In this document: one piece after another, positions 24,633 to 37,131 of the stretch
Layout of the letters: each line of letters starts with the position of its first letter
Numbering within the stretch: the stretch's first letter is position 1
Assembly: GCA_038087875.1 (NCBI GenBank)
Contig: CM075992.1
Location: 7,566,001 to 7,630,000, forward strand
Length of the DNA stretch: 64,000 nucleotides
DNA from: Malacoraja senta
Taxonomy: Eukaryota
Direction of reading: 5' to 3'
Position numbers and translations under genes: made by a program
The notes under the pieces: model-generated
The model's input: only the letters and a program-made list of their open reading frames with translations
Told to the model about the DNA's origin: nothing
Database searches by the model: none

Positions 24633-25895
24633 GTTTTAAGAGCCAAATCCTCCGAATCATGTGTTAGACACAAACATCATGGCAGCTGGTGTCCTCTGAT
24701 CATTAACGCAATACCCGCATGTGAATTGACATTTTTTGGGTTAAGAATCCTCAAACATTTCTTGCATCAGTGGCACAGTAGAGTTGCTGCCTCACAGCGC
24801 CAGAGACTCTGGTTCGATCCTGACTCTGGGTGCTCTCTGTACAGAGTTTGCAAGTTCACCCTATGACCGCGTCGGTTTAGTCCGGGTGCTCTGGTTACCT
24901 CCGACGTTCCAACGACGTGTAGGTTTGTAGGTTAATTGGCTTCGGTAAATTGTTCCTCGTGTGTAGGATAGAACTAGTGTACGGGCGATCGCTGGACGGT
25001 GTGAGCTTGGTGGATGGAAGGGCCTCTTTCTGTGCTGTATCTAAACTATCTGACGTGCAAGTGGCATTTGAACAAACCGGATTTGACCATGTGGTTCAAT
25101 GGAACTAATTGGAATACACAGTCTTAATTATTGCGGATTAACTCATTCATTCTGATTTTTTTTCAATCATTTTCCCACACCTATTCTTCTTTGGTGTTTT
25201 CCTCCAAATCCTGGTTGGTTGTCCCTCTGCTCCTGTGCTTTTTCCTATCATTCAACCCTTTCCCCTCTCTCACCTCTGCTCTCTCAGCCTTCACCACCTC
25301 ACCTTGCATTCAGCCACTCAGTCCACCACTCCAGCACACACTCCATACTCCCCCTGAACCATAGTCTCCTGCCGAAAAGTCAGCATTGTCATGCAAGCAT
25401 GGAAGCGGGCCCTTCGGCCCAACTTGCCCATGCTGACCAACAGGTCCCATCTACACAAGTCCCACTTGCGTACGTTTGGCCCATATCACCCTAAACCTAT
25501 CCTATCCATGTACCTGTCTAAATGTTTCTTAAACGTTGGATAGTACCTGCCTCAACTACCTCCTCTGGAAGCTCATTGCCTACATCCACCACCCTTGTGT
25601 AAAAAGACAATTACCCCTCAGGTTCCCATTAAATCTTTTCACCCTCACTTTAAACCTATGTCCTCTGGTTCTTGATTTCCCCTACTCTGGCCAAAACACT
25701 CTGCGTTTACCCATACTATTCCTCTCATGATTTTGTACACCTCTATAAAATCACCCCTTATCCTCCTGCACTCCAAGGAATAAAGCCCCAACCTGCTCAA
25801 CCTCTCTCTATAGTTCTCCTGCATTTGTTTTCCCTAGACCTCCCTCTCCATTGTGTCCATCTCTCACTCATTCTGTTTCTCTTATCTTCCTGCAG

Positions 25896-26004
25896 ATGGT
25901 TATGATCACTGGTGATAACCCGCTAACAGCCTGCCACGTGGCCCGTGAACTCTCCTTCCTACAGAAAGTGCACACACTCGTCCTCCAGGCACCACACGAC
26001 AAAG
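25896..26004 (+). CDS. ATP13A1: ATP13A1 exon (TGDN motif)
   Basis: ctgcag|ATG...AAA G|gtaaag; [36 protein letters not shown]. Confidence 0.96.
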
Positions 26005-26300
26005 GTAAAGCCAGCGCTGCTCCCGTAGTCTGGCTCAGTAAGCTTGATTGGGTTTTCTTTAAAAGGGACAGCGAACGTGTCTGATGGGCACGGGCGACAT
26101 TCTGAAGAAGGGTCACGACATGAAACGTCACCAGTCTGCTGGTGCAGCCCTGTTTCCTGCAAATTTCTATTGTCCACTAGTGGTGATCCTGAACGTGAAT
26201 GTGCAGAGATGTGAGGCAAGGTGATACGGTGCAAAAGGCTAACCAGCACGTCAAGCAAGGGTTTCCCAATTGTAGCGCCTTACTGAAAGTCATCTAGTTA

Positions 26301-26627
26301 ATAGCCCTGTCCCACGGTACGAGTTCACTCCAAGAGCTCTCCCGAGTTTTAAAAAAATCAAACTCGTGGTAAGCACGGAGAATGAACGTAGCGGGTACGT
26401 CGGAGCTCGGGGATGTCTCTTAGCGGCTCGTAACGCTAACGGCAGGTACTCGGGAAGACTCACTAACGGCAGGTAAGCACGGGAAGACTCGTGAAGATTT
26501 TTCAACATGTTGCAAAATGTCCACGAGACCCCCCGAGTACCGATGAGTGGCCGTTACCGTAAATCTCCGAGTTCGAATCAGGGCAAACTCGGGAGAGCTC
26601 TTGGAATGAACTCGTACCGTGGGACAG
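26301..26627. mobile_element. PIF/Harbinger-like MITE, ~300-bp subfamily (damaged ends)
   Basis: CTGTCCCACGGTACGAGTTCA.../...TGAACTCGTACCGTGGGACAG; internal similarity to 21817-22113. Confidence 0.8.
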
Positions 26628-28722
26628 TAGGAGCGAGGAAAGATGCAAAGTGCAGGAGAAACTCAGTGGGTCGGGCAGCATCCCTGAAGAGCATGGATAG
26701 GTGATGTTTCAGGGTGGGCCTCTTCTTCAGACTGATCAAGAGAGAGAAAACCTTGGCTACTTTTGTATAGGATTTACCTCTTAGTAGCGTAAAAAATATT
26801 TAGCATGAAGATTATTGTTGCTCTGCCCCTCACTGGGATGCCAATCCCACGCCGGGAAAGTGGAAGCAGCACTCAATCCATCAGGACTTGAGGGAGAAAA
26901 AAATGAAACTCAGGCAATGATTTTTCATCAGAACTTAGATAACCAACTACTAGCATAAATGCCGTTAGACAGAAATCCCACTCTTAGCAACGGTTTTCAA
27001 CTGACAACATCTCTAACACTTGCATTTGCGTTAATTTTGTCACAGATAAGCAGACTGCTATCCAAATATCAATGCTTCTTAAAATGTGTTGAACATTCAA
27101 TAAAACTAGAGCCTGGCCTCTAGTGGTGTAGGTAGGAAGTGCAGCTGTTAAAATAACAAACAGCTTAAACAATATAAATGGTGGTAGGAACTTTCGTGGA
27201 GCTGTTAGTTAGATAGGTCAAGCAAGTGCACTTGCAGTTTATATGACTTTATTTATCCAAAATATGTTGAAGACTGCATCTTTTCCCGTAGCAAAGATTT
27301 TAATTCCTGATCTAGCCTTTATAGCAGGCAACACAATGGAAAATGAAAAGTGCCATCTGAGATATCAAAGGTTATTTATACAGTAGTATTTCGTTCTCTC
27401 AATACAGGAAATGTTACCTCAATAGGACACTGGATGGCTTGTATGTTGATAAAAGGAGAAATCTAATGACAAAATCAGTATTTTCAACTACGACTGTCAG
27501 CTTTAGCGAATTCAGACATTTGTAAAATGTGTGGTATTTCTAATCTGAAGATCAATGAAATTGCTGTTACTCCCAAGTCACGTTTATCTCTGTTCCATGA
27601 GCATATAGTCTAAAAAACCCAAAAATGTTCACACGCTGCCTCGTTCTGTTTTAGACTGATTGGATGAATGGATATGTTTATATGTTTTAGGAGCAGAATT
27701 AGGCCATTCGGCCCATCAAATCTACTCTGCCATTCAGTCCTTCTGATCTATCCCACTCGACCCCAATCTCCTGACTTCTCCCCATAACCCATGACACCCT
27801 TGTGTTTCTTTGATAAAAAGACAAATGGCAGCGTCTGCAGACTTGTGTAGCGGGGATGATGCTTGGGGATGGTAGATGCAGCTGTTTTAAAAAAGCAAGG
27901 AGGGATGGGTGGGGAAGAGCTAAACACTGGAAACTAGATGCAATCGGGTTTCAGTTCTGTTTTGCATCAGGATGTGTGGTAAACTGCAAGATCAAAATCA
28001 TGCATTTTGAACCATTTTTGTTTTACTTGGCATGTTGAAATTTTGCATGATAGAAGTGACTAATGTGACAAATATGAGCTGTCCGCAAAACTTGCCGGGG
28101 AAGGTTGGGTTTAAATTGGGACAGAATGAAAGAGCGTGCCTTCAGAAAGGAGATGAGGAGGATTTCTGTAGTCGGAGGGTGGTGACTGTGGAATTCATTG
28201 CCACAGACGGTTGTGGAGGCCAAGTCATTGGGTATTTTTGACAGATTCTTGATTAGTAAAAGTGTCGAAGGGTTATGGAGAGAAGGCAGGAGAATGGCGT
28301 TATGAGAGAAAGATAGAACAGTCATGATTGAATGGCAGAGTAGTCTTGATGGGCCGAATGGCCGAATTTCTGCTCATAGAATTTGTGAACTTATCCATTC
28401 ATCAAAAGAATGAGGAAATGTGTGAACATTTATGAACTTATGAATGAAAGACACACAATGCTGGAGTAACTCAGTGGGTCAGGCAGCATCCAATGGATAG
28501 GTGATCAGAAGGTAGACAAATGCTGGAGAAACTCAGCAGGTGAGGCAGCATCTATGGAGCGAAGGAAATAGGCATCGTTTCGGGTCGAAACCCTTCTTGA
28601 GGTGATCAGAAAGCTCTTTGTGTCTGTCCCTGGTAAACCAGCATCTGCTCTTCCTTGTTTCTACCATTTTGTGAGTCCTGTCCATATTTCTGAAGGCTAA
28701 TTGTTTGCTGCTAATCCCTCAG

Positions 28723-28919
28723 GAGCTGAATGGAATTGGAAGTCAATTGACGGCACAATTATTGTTCCAATGATTTTACCGACTGGCGAGCTGACCAAAG
28801 ATTACGACCTGTGTATGACTGGAGAAGGTCTTAATCACTTAAGTACAACGAACAAGCCGTTTCTGATGAAGCTTATGCCTCACATCAAGGTGTTTGCCCG
28901 GGTTGCACCGAAACAGAAG
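28723..28919 (+). CDS. ATP13A1: ATP13A1 exon (VFARVAPKQK)
   Basis: cctcag|GA GCT...CAG AAG|gttaga; AEWNWKSIDG...PHIKVFARVAPKQK. Confidence 0.95.
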
Positions 28920-29494
28920 GTTAGATTTTACAATAAAACCGTGTTATCATAATGTCTTAAATGTAACACCCAAAGGAAAGTCAGACACAAAGGCAAGGTG
29001 ATGCTGGGCAGCAGCTCCCGATCTTTATGAATAAAAGCATTTGTTCAGTGCAAAAAACAATTGTCTCCCAAACACTCTGTCCTTCCAAGTAAGCACCCGT
29101 TGAGTGTTAAGGGCCGCTCCTTGGGGCTGTTTGAGGATTCCTGGGGACCGCTGGCAGTCTTGTGGTCAAAGCAAGCAGCACGCCAGGTGCACTTTCTTTA
29201 ACTTGAGCTTTATCACTAAACTACAATATATGTAATATTAAAGCTTCGTCCTATCATCCATGTCAAACCTCTTTAGACTTTAGAGACACCGCATGGAAAC
29301 AGGCCTATTGGCCGACTGAGTCCGCGCCAACCAGCGATCACCGCGTGCACTAACTATCCTACACACTAGGGGCAATTTGCAATTTTTATCGCTGGTCGGC
29401 ACTGACTCGGTGGGCTGAAGGGCCTGTTTCCGCTCTGTGTCCAAACTAAACTGAACTCGGATTGTGACTGAATGCCTTCTCCTTGTGTCTGCAG

Positions 29495-29591
29495 GAGTTT
29501 GTAATTACCAGTTTTAAGAGCCTGGGTTACACCACCTTGATGTGTGGCGATGGAACTAATGACGTTGGAGCCTTGAAGCATGCTGATGTTG
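29495..29591 (+). CDS. ATP13A1: ATP13A1 exon (GDGTND hinge motif)
   Basis: ctgcag|GAG...GTT G|gtaagc; [32 protein letters not shown]. Confidence 0.97.
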
Positions 29592-31097
29592 GTAAGCAGG
29601 TACAACTCGTGGTACACAGCCAGCTGCAGTGAAGCAGAATACAAACGTTGCTCTAGTTTCAGCACTGAATGCACAAGTGCTGGCCGTTGAATCCAAACAC
29701 TCTCAAGTCCTCTATTTATCACAACTTGTGTTTTCTGACAGTTTGCCAATCCGCTCTCCTGCAAGCCCGAGTTACTCACTCCGGCTGATTTTATTGGATT
29801 TTATTCCCATCACCTCATCAAACCCTGCTTCATTTTCATTTATTTATTCTGGTTTAGTTTGGCTGGCATGTTTTGAAAATCCACTTCTACCTTCCACTGA
29901 TATTGCTGCAGAGCCCACTGAATACATTTCCTTGATCCATAGAACATAACTAGGCCCAACTTGCCCACACTGACCAACATACCCCATCCACACCAGTCTC
30001 AGCCTGCCTGGGTTTGACCCGTATCCCTCAAAACCTGTTCCAATCCATGTAAACCAAGTCTTTTTTTTTTTTTAAAGGCAATGTTGGAGTAACTCAGCGG
30101 GTCAGGCAACTTCTCTGAAGAACATGGATAGGTGATGTTTCGGGTTGGGATCTTTCTTGATTCTGACTCGAAGCATCCCCTATCCACTTTCTCCAGAGAT
30201 GCTGCCTGTCCCGCTTATTTACTCCAGTACTTTGTCTTTTTTTAATGTAAACCAGCATCTGCAGTTACTTGTACCGTCTAAGTCTTTGGTTGATTGTTTT
30301 AGGTTGGACTTGCGGTTATTGTGCACTAGTCACAGGAACAAGAGCTCATTAAGTTCCTCCACTGCTCTTCCCTTACTTTACGGTTGATTTTCAGCTGGGT
30401 CACATTTGATTGTTTCACTTAATGGTAATGTTTAACTGGAAAAGCAAGTCTGCAAAAGTTGCTTGTCATGACTCTAGCACTTTGGATCAGGGTAGCTGGA
30501 AGGCTGTTCCAATTTGTTGAACCGCTTTGAACTTGCCCACATCAGTATTGGGGCATTGGAATCACTGGAGTGATGCTGTTAATTTGCTTCCCCCAGCGTG
30601 CAAAGGCACCTCGTCTACTTGTGCTTTGGCAGAACAAGAAACCCTGGGACCTTCTGATCTCAGTTTCACAGCTAGGGTTACTTCTACCACAACTTGATGT
30701 TGGGGAAGGACAGGATCGAACGAGAGTGGAATAGATTTTGTACACAATCTGTTCCTTCTTTGTTTCTATGTTCCACTGCATCTTTGTCTAACCTAATCTA
30801 ATCTGTGTCTAAATTTAGTCTGCTCCCTGCTCTGAATCATGTTAATGTGATAGGAGCAGAATTAGGCCATTCGGCCCCTTAAGTCTACTCTGCCATTCAA
30901 TCATGGCTCATCTATCTCTCCCTCCTAATCCCATTCTCCTGCCTTCTCCCCATAACCCCGACGCCGTACTAATCAAGAATCTATCCTGCTACCGTAACTC
31001 TCAACCCACAACCCAATCTTCACTAAACATGTGACCAGTCCAGGCAGTCGGTCGTTCTCTCAGCGCAGGAATTCAGCCTGTGCCCTTTGTGTTCCAG

Positions 31098-31276
31098 GAG
31101 TGGCCTTGCTGGCCAACACGCCTGAACGAATTCCGGACAAGAAAAAGAAGGCAAAAGAGGGGACAAACGATGCAAAGTCCGTGGCTCCCAATGCAGGCGG
31201 CAACATGAAGTTAAGCTCGCGGGCAGCAAGGCACCGGTTCATGTCACAGCGGGAGGAACAGCTTGCCCTGCACCGG
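31098..31276 (+). CDS. ATP13A1: ATP13A1 exon (P5A arm insertion)
   Basis: ttccag|GA GTG...CAC CGG|gtgaga; VALLANTPERIPDKKKK...QREEQLALHR. Confidence 0.93.
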
Positions 31277-31418
31277 GTGAGAACACTGCAATGTTCTTGC
31301 TTCATTATTCCCAGCACTTTGGGTAGACCTGCATTCTAATGCATGTAAACACACTTGGTTTGACATCTTGATTTGTTTTTATTGTTGGTTCAGTTGTCCG
31401 TTGTCATTTTCTGCACAG

Positions 31419-31533
31419 GAGCGTCTCAACCAGGTGCTGAAGGACCTGGAGGAGGACCAGATGCCTGTAATTAAACTGGGTGATGCCAGCATTGCAGCGC
31501 CATTTACTTCCAAGCTGTCCTCCATTATGTGCA
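31419..31533 (+). CDS. ATP13A1: ATP13A1 exon
   Basis: gcacag|GAG...TGC A|gtgagt; [38 protein letters not shown]. Confidence 0.96.
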
Positions 31534-31598
31534 GTGAGTATTCCTGGATGATCCCTCACCCTGACTCTGGGGAGCAATGGGCAGAAAAATATTTGCCT

Positions 31599-32000
31599 AG
31601 TTTAGTTTGGAGATGCAGCGCGGAAACAGGCGCGGAAACAGGCCTTTTGGCCCAACGAGCCTGCACATTAACACTACCACACATACGCACACACATTTGT
31701 TGAATTGTTACATGATGTAATTAGTTTAGAGATACAGCGTAGAAACAGGCCCTTCGGCCCAGTGAGTCCGCACTGACCAGTGATCCCTGCACATTAACAC
31801 TATCATGCATAATTGTTACATGTTGTAATTAGTTTAGAGATACAGCTCAGAAACAGGCCCTTCGGCCCAACGAGCTTGCACTGACCAGTGATCCCTGCAC
31901 ATTAACACTACCACATACGCACACACATTTGTTGAATTGTTACATGTTATAATAGTTTAGTTTAGAGATACAGCGCAGAAACAGACCCTTCGGCCCAGTG
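31599..32000 (-). repeat. Tandem array of four SINE-tail-containing units (~110-125 bp)
   Basis: Repeated TAGTTTAGAGATACAGC..AAACAGGCCCTTCGGCCC..CACATTAACACTA..AATTGTTACATG units. Confidence 0.8.
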
Positions 32001-32983
32001 AGTCTGCACCAACCAACAATCCCAGCATATTAATACTATCCTATGCACATTAGGGGCAATTTGCATTTATACCACACCAATTAACCTACAAACCTGTATG
32101 TCTTTGGAGTGTGGGAGGAAACCCAGGCAGGTCACGGGGAGCTCATACAAACTGTATGGACAAGCACATGTGCTGGTGGTTCTGTAGCTTCCTGCTTACA
32201 GATGCTTCCTTGCCTGCTTATTGCAGTAGGTGGATGTTAGAGGTGAACTGACCATCCTATGTGGTGGCACTTTGTGCTGTGACTCTGCTGATGGGTTTGT
32301 CAGGGCTGATGCTAACCCCATCGTTTGAAAGGGGTTGCTGCGATTGAATGAAAGCCTAAGTTGATATTTTGATCTTTGATTTTAATTATCGCACTTAATG
32401 TTGTTCAAAATTATTTTAAAATATCAGTTTTATAAGTTCGTCATAGGAGCAGAATTAGGCCCTTCGGCCCTTCGAGTCTGTCATAGCTGATCTATCTTTC
32501 CTCTCAACCCCTTTCTCCTGCCTTCTCCCCATAACCCTTGACACCCGTGCTAATCAATAAGCTGCCAATCTCGGCCTTAAAAATATCCATTGACTTGGCC
32601 TCCACGGCTGTCTGCGGCAATGCATTCCACAGATTCACCACCCTGACTGAAGAAATTCTTCATCTCCTTTCTTATGGCGCATCCTTTTATTCTGAGGTTA
32701 TTTCCTCTGGTCCTAGACTCTTAGCTGGTGGAAACATCCTCTCTACATCCACTCTATCCAGGCCTTTCACTATTCACTAACTGTTTTTGAAAGTCATTAA
32801 TGGCAAAATCATCTTGGTTCTACCATGACTGTGTGTGCCTCCAAGGCTAACAAATAAAAACTAAAGCCTTGTAGATTTATTATCCCTGGCAGCAACATGG
32901 AATGGATGACTTTGTCCTTCTCTCCCTGCCTGCCTGCCACTACAGACATAAGATCAGAAGTTGACCTTGGATGAATTGAGTTC

Positions 32984-33496
32984 AGGCTACTTTCTGCTCG
33001 GTTCGTCTTGTCTTACACGATCTCCTGGTCGCCAAACATTTTAACTCCCCTTCCCAATATATATACTGACCATTCTGTCTTGGGCCTCCTCCACTGTCAG
33101 TGAGGTCACATTCAAATTGGAGGAACGGCACCTCATATTTTGCCTGGGCAACTAACAACCCTGTGGTATGAATATTGATTTCTCTAATTTCAAATAACTC
33201 CCGCATTCACTTCCCACCCACTGCCACAGCTCGCATCCTTGTATCTCGCTCGTTGGTGCATTTTCCCCAGCCAACAATGGGCCATTATGGACTTCATCTG
33301 TCCTGAGGTCATCTGTTGCCGGCCTTGATTTGTTCTTGTCTTCTCTCGCCTCCAGTTTCTCCCACCCCCAACGTCTATCTTTCAGTTTGAAGAAGGGTTC
33401 CGACCCTAAACATCACCTAATCCTTCTCTCCAGAGATGCTGCCCTGCCCTGACCAGCATTTTGTGTCCATCTTGGATATAAACTAGCATCTGCAGA
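32984..33496 (+). mobile_element. Degenerate Penelope-like 3' fragment
   Basis: Decayed GIY-YIG C-terminus (cacctcatattttgcctgggc..atgaatattgatttctc) and pseudo-LTR. Confidence 0.7.
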
Positions 33497-33674
33497 CGGA
33501 ATGGTACCATTCGGAGCTGCCGTTTCGCCTCTGTTTCGGGGGGTCAGGGTTAGGGTTCTGATGAGTACAGATATTATAAACGGAGGCGCCGAAATGGCGG
33601 CGCCTGAAAAGTACCCGACCCTCCGCAGATCCTTCTAACACATTTAAAATATGCAATACTCTCTCTCTCCACAG

Positions 33675-33871
33675 TATGCTATGTGATAAAGCAGGGACGG
33701 TGCACGTTGGTAACTACTCTGCAGATGTTCAAGATCCTGGCATTGAACGCCCTGATACTTGCCTACAGCCAGAGCGTTCTGTACCTGGAAGGGGTTAAAT
33801 TCAGTGACTTTCAGGCTACTCTGCAGGGACTCCTTTTGGCTGGTTGTTTCCTCTTCATCTCTCGATCCAAG
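33675..33871 (+). CDS. ATP13A1: ATP13A1 exon (TM5-6)
   Basis: ccacag|TA TGC...TCC AAG|gtaaag; [27 protein letters not shown]...[10 protein letters not shown]. Confidence 0.97.
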
Positions 33872-33929
33872 GTAAAGTAAGGTGTGGTTAAAGTGAGTGC
33901 CTGAGTACACCTATATTTCGAGCCACTAA

Positions 33930-34236
33930 AGGGCCTGTCCCACTGTACGAGCTAATTCAAGAGCTCTCCCGAGTTTCCCCTGATTCGAACTCGGAGAACT
34001 GCGGTAATAGCCGCTCGTAGGTACTCGGGGCTCTTGTGGACATTTTTCAACATGTTGAAAAATCTTCACAAGTTTACCGCGTTTCCCGAGTACCTGCTGT
34101 TAGCGTTACGAGCCGCTAAGAGACGTCCCGAGCTCCGACGTACCCGCTATGTACATTCTACGTGCTTACCACGAGTTTGATTTTTTTTTAAACTCGGGAG
34201 AGCTCTTGAAGTACCTCGTACAGTGGGACAGGCCCT
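33930..34236. mobile_element. PIF/Harbinger-like MITE, ~300-bp subfamily (opposite orientation)
   Basis: AGGGCCTGTCCCACTGTACGAG.../...CTCGTACAGTGGGACAGGCCCT; flanks TAA/TCA. Confidence 0.85.
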
Positions 34237-34781
34237 TCAATTTAATTAAATATCACAATGCATATCTTAAGTGAGGTTTTTAATTCCGATCTCTGGGTGT
34301 GACTGCCATTGGGTAGAATGGTTTTCTTTGAGCAGTATGGATTGCCAAGCCATTCCAAAGTTAAAACACAAAGTGCTGGAGTAAGTCCGCGTGTCTGACA
34401 GCATCTTTGGAGAGAAAAAGGATGGGTAACGTTTTGGGTTGGGACCCTTCCTCGGACTGAACTCCACATCAGTCTGAAGAAGGGTCCTGACCTGAAACAT
34501 CACCTATCCTTTTTCTCCAGAGATGCTGCCTGACCCACTGAGTTACTCCAGCACTTTGTGTCTGTCTTCTGTCAAGAAAGTGACACATTCACAATGTAAT
34601 GTCATATTTAGTTTCATAGTATAGTTTATTGTCACGTGTAGCAAGGTACAGTGACAACATTTTAGTCGCTAACTAACCAGTCAGTGGAAAGACTATACAT
34701 GATTACAACCAAGCCGTCCACAGTGTACAGATGCAGGATAAAGGGAATAACGTTTAGTGAAATGCTGCTGTTGAAATAAAT

Positions 34782-35384
34782 GTAAGAGTGGAGTATAGAA
34801 GATGGGAGGTCATGTTGCAGTTGTACATGACGTTGGTGAGACCGCATTTAGAATATTGTGTTCAGTTCTGGGCACCATGTTATAGGAAAGATATTGTCAA
34901 GCTTGAAATGGTTCAGAAAAAATTTATCGAGGATGATGCCAGGACTAGAGTGCGTGAGCTATAGGGAGAGGTTGAGTAGGCTGGGTCTCTATTCCATGGA
35001 GCGCAGGAGGATGAGGGGTGATCTTATAGAGGTGTACAAAATCATGAGAGGAATAGGTCAGGTAGATGCACAGTCTCTTGCCCAGAGTAGGGGAATCGAG
35101 GACATAGGTTCAAGGTGAAGGGGAAAAGATTTAATAGGAATCTGAAGGGTAACTTTTTCACACTAAGGGTGGTGGGTGTATGGAACAAGCTGCCCGAGGA
35201 GGTAGTTGAGGCTGGGACTATCCCGTCGTTTAAGAAACAGTTAGACAGGCACACGGATAGGGCAGGTTTGGCGGGATATGGACCAACCGCAGGCAGGTGG
35301 GACTAGTGTAGCTGGGACATGTTGGCCGGTGTGGGCAAGTAGGGCCGAAGTGCCTGTTTCCATGCTGTATCACTCTGTGACTCT
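34782..35384 (+). mobile_element. CR1/HER1-type LINE 3' fragment
   Basis: [43 protein letters not shown] and NFFTLRVVGVWNKLP in broken frames. Confidence 0.88.
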
Positions 35385-35964
35385 CTGATTGTAATGGATA
35401 ACAGATCCTCTTCTGGGACCAGCACGGAAAGTGTTGCCTGGCCTTGGTGCCATCTTGGCTGTTTGAATCAAGCACGTTGCTGTAGGCCTAAAATCACAAG
35501 GCAGATTTCCTCTATAGAAATATCTGAGTTTTGTGGGAATCCATTAGTTTTATCATCACTATTACAAAGATTAGTTGCTTTTGCTATGATTCCAGATTGT
35601 TAGGCAAATCTAATTTCCACAGTTGCGATGCTAGGATTTGCGCTCTGATTGTCTCCTCATCAATATTTGAATTGTTCAAATTTCTTTCTAGTCCCAATTT
35701 GTGATTATAATAGAGGCAGCAGAGTGGCACATAGTTAGAGTTGCTGCCTTGCAGTGTCAGAAACCCAGGTGTACAGAGTGTGTACGTTCTTGGAAAGGAG
35801 ATGAGGTTACATTTCTTTGGTCAGAGGGTGGTGAATCTGTGGAATTCTTTGCTAGAGAAGATTGTGGAAGCCAAGTCGATGTATATTTTTAAGGCAGAAA
35901 TAGATAGATTCTTGATTAGCATGGGTGTCGGAAGTTATGGAAAGAAGGCACGAGAATGGGGTAA

Positions 35965-36169
35965 AGGGCCTGTCCCACTCACACGACCTCTGCCGAGTTT
36001 GCCCATGACTCATACTCGCAGCATGGTCGTCACGAGGTCGTACGTAGTTCGTGATACTAGTCGTAGGTACTCGTGGCATCAAGTAAGTCGGGGCGTTTTT
36101 CTAGCCTGATGAAAAATGTCCACGAGTAAAAAAAGTCATGAATTAGGTCGTGAAAGTGGGACAGGCCCT
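35965..36169. mobile_element. PIF/Harbinger-like MITE, ~190-bp subfamily
   Basis: Same outer TIR; flanks TAA/TTA; inserted in a CR1 tail. Confidence 0.82.
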
Positions 36170-36644
36170 TTAGGAGGAGAGATTGAATGGGGGAGGAGAC
36201 TTGATGTGCCGAATGGCCCAATTCTACTCCTATCACTTATGCCCCTGTGACCGGGGAGAATGTACAAACTCCGTACAGAGCCCCCTTAGTCAGGATCGAA
36301 CTGGGATCTCTGGCGCTGTAAAGCAGCAACTCTACCACTGTCACTGTACCTTCTGTGCTGCAACTATACTTATTACTCTTTGGTGACCATTATATGACTC
36401 ATTGAATACATTTTGTGTTTGTAGATCAGTTTGGGTTCCACTGTCCCAAGATATGTTTTGTAGGAGCTGGGTTTGGTTTGCTAATAAATTGACCAAGCCT
36501 TGCTGCCCCACCAATGTCACGTAGTCTCTGATCAGGCTCATGTGGGGGATGTATGGAGTTGCATCCAGGTTGAGCTACAGAGGGATGATGAGATGTCGTG
36601 TGGTCGGTTGCACTGTAACATCCTGTTTTCCTGACTTTCTGCAG

Positions 36645-36787
36645 CCATTGAAGTCTCTGTCCAAGGTGCGACCACTGCCAAACATATTCAACCTGTACAC
36701 CATCCTCACGGTCCTGCTGCAGTTTGCTGTCCACTTCATCAGCTTAGTTTATTTGTACAAGACCGCACAGAAACATTCTTCCTCCAG
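36645..36787 (+). CDS. ATP13A1: ATP13A1 exon (TM7)
   Basis: ctgcag|CCA...TCC AG|gtgagg; [39 protein letters not shown]. Confidence 0.96.
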
Positions 36788-36995
36788 GTGAGGTCCTCTT
36801 TCGCTCCCTGCCTCAAGATAGTACTCAGCAAAAGATAGGGGCTTGTGTCAGGAATGCACTTCCATCTTGTGTGAGAGCAGTTGGCTCCCATTTTGGTGTT
36901 GAAAGAGCTTGCTGTGTTCATAAGTTCCAGTCATTCTAGTTGGCTTCACCGTCGATGTTCTGTGAAAAAAATCTCACTGTTGATTATCCCCTAAT

Positions 36996-37131
36996 GTTCT
37001 TGTTGCGTATGGCATGCACAGCCTAAAGTTGTAAGACAACTTGTTCTGTTTGATCTTCTGTTTGTGCTCGCCAGGTTGATTGCATTCGTCGAAACAGGGT
37101 GGACCACGTGAAGGTTGCAATCTCCCACCCC
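36996..37131 (-). mobile_element. Second copy of the HDV-ribozyme-headed short retroposon
   Basis: Reverse-complement match to 56114-56250 with the identical 5' start; imperfect flanking repeat tcccctaatgt/tccccatatgt. Confidence 0.82.
37078..37131 (-). ncRNA. HDV-like (CPEB3-type) self-cleaving ribozyme, second copy
   Basis: Reverse complement GGGGTGG GA GATTGCA ACC TTCACGT GGT CCACCCT G TTTCGA CGAA TGCAATC; differs from the 56114 copy only by a structure-preserving change in P1. Confidence 0.85.

Noticed and set aside
31599..32000. Repeat-spacer-like array (CRISPR-like look)
   Set aside because: Eukaryotic context, units are SINE tails, and the intervening sequences are themselves duplicated; an ordinary tandem duplication.
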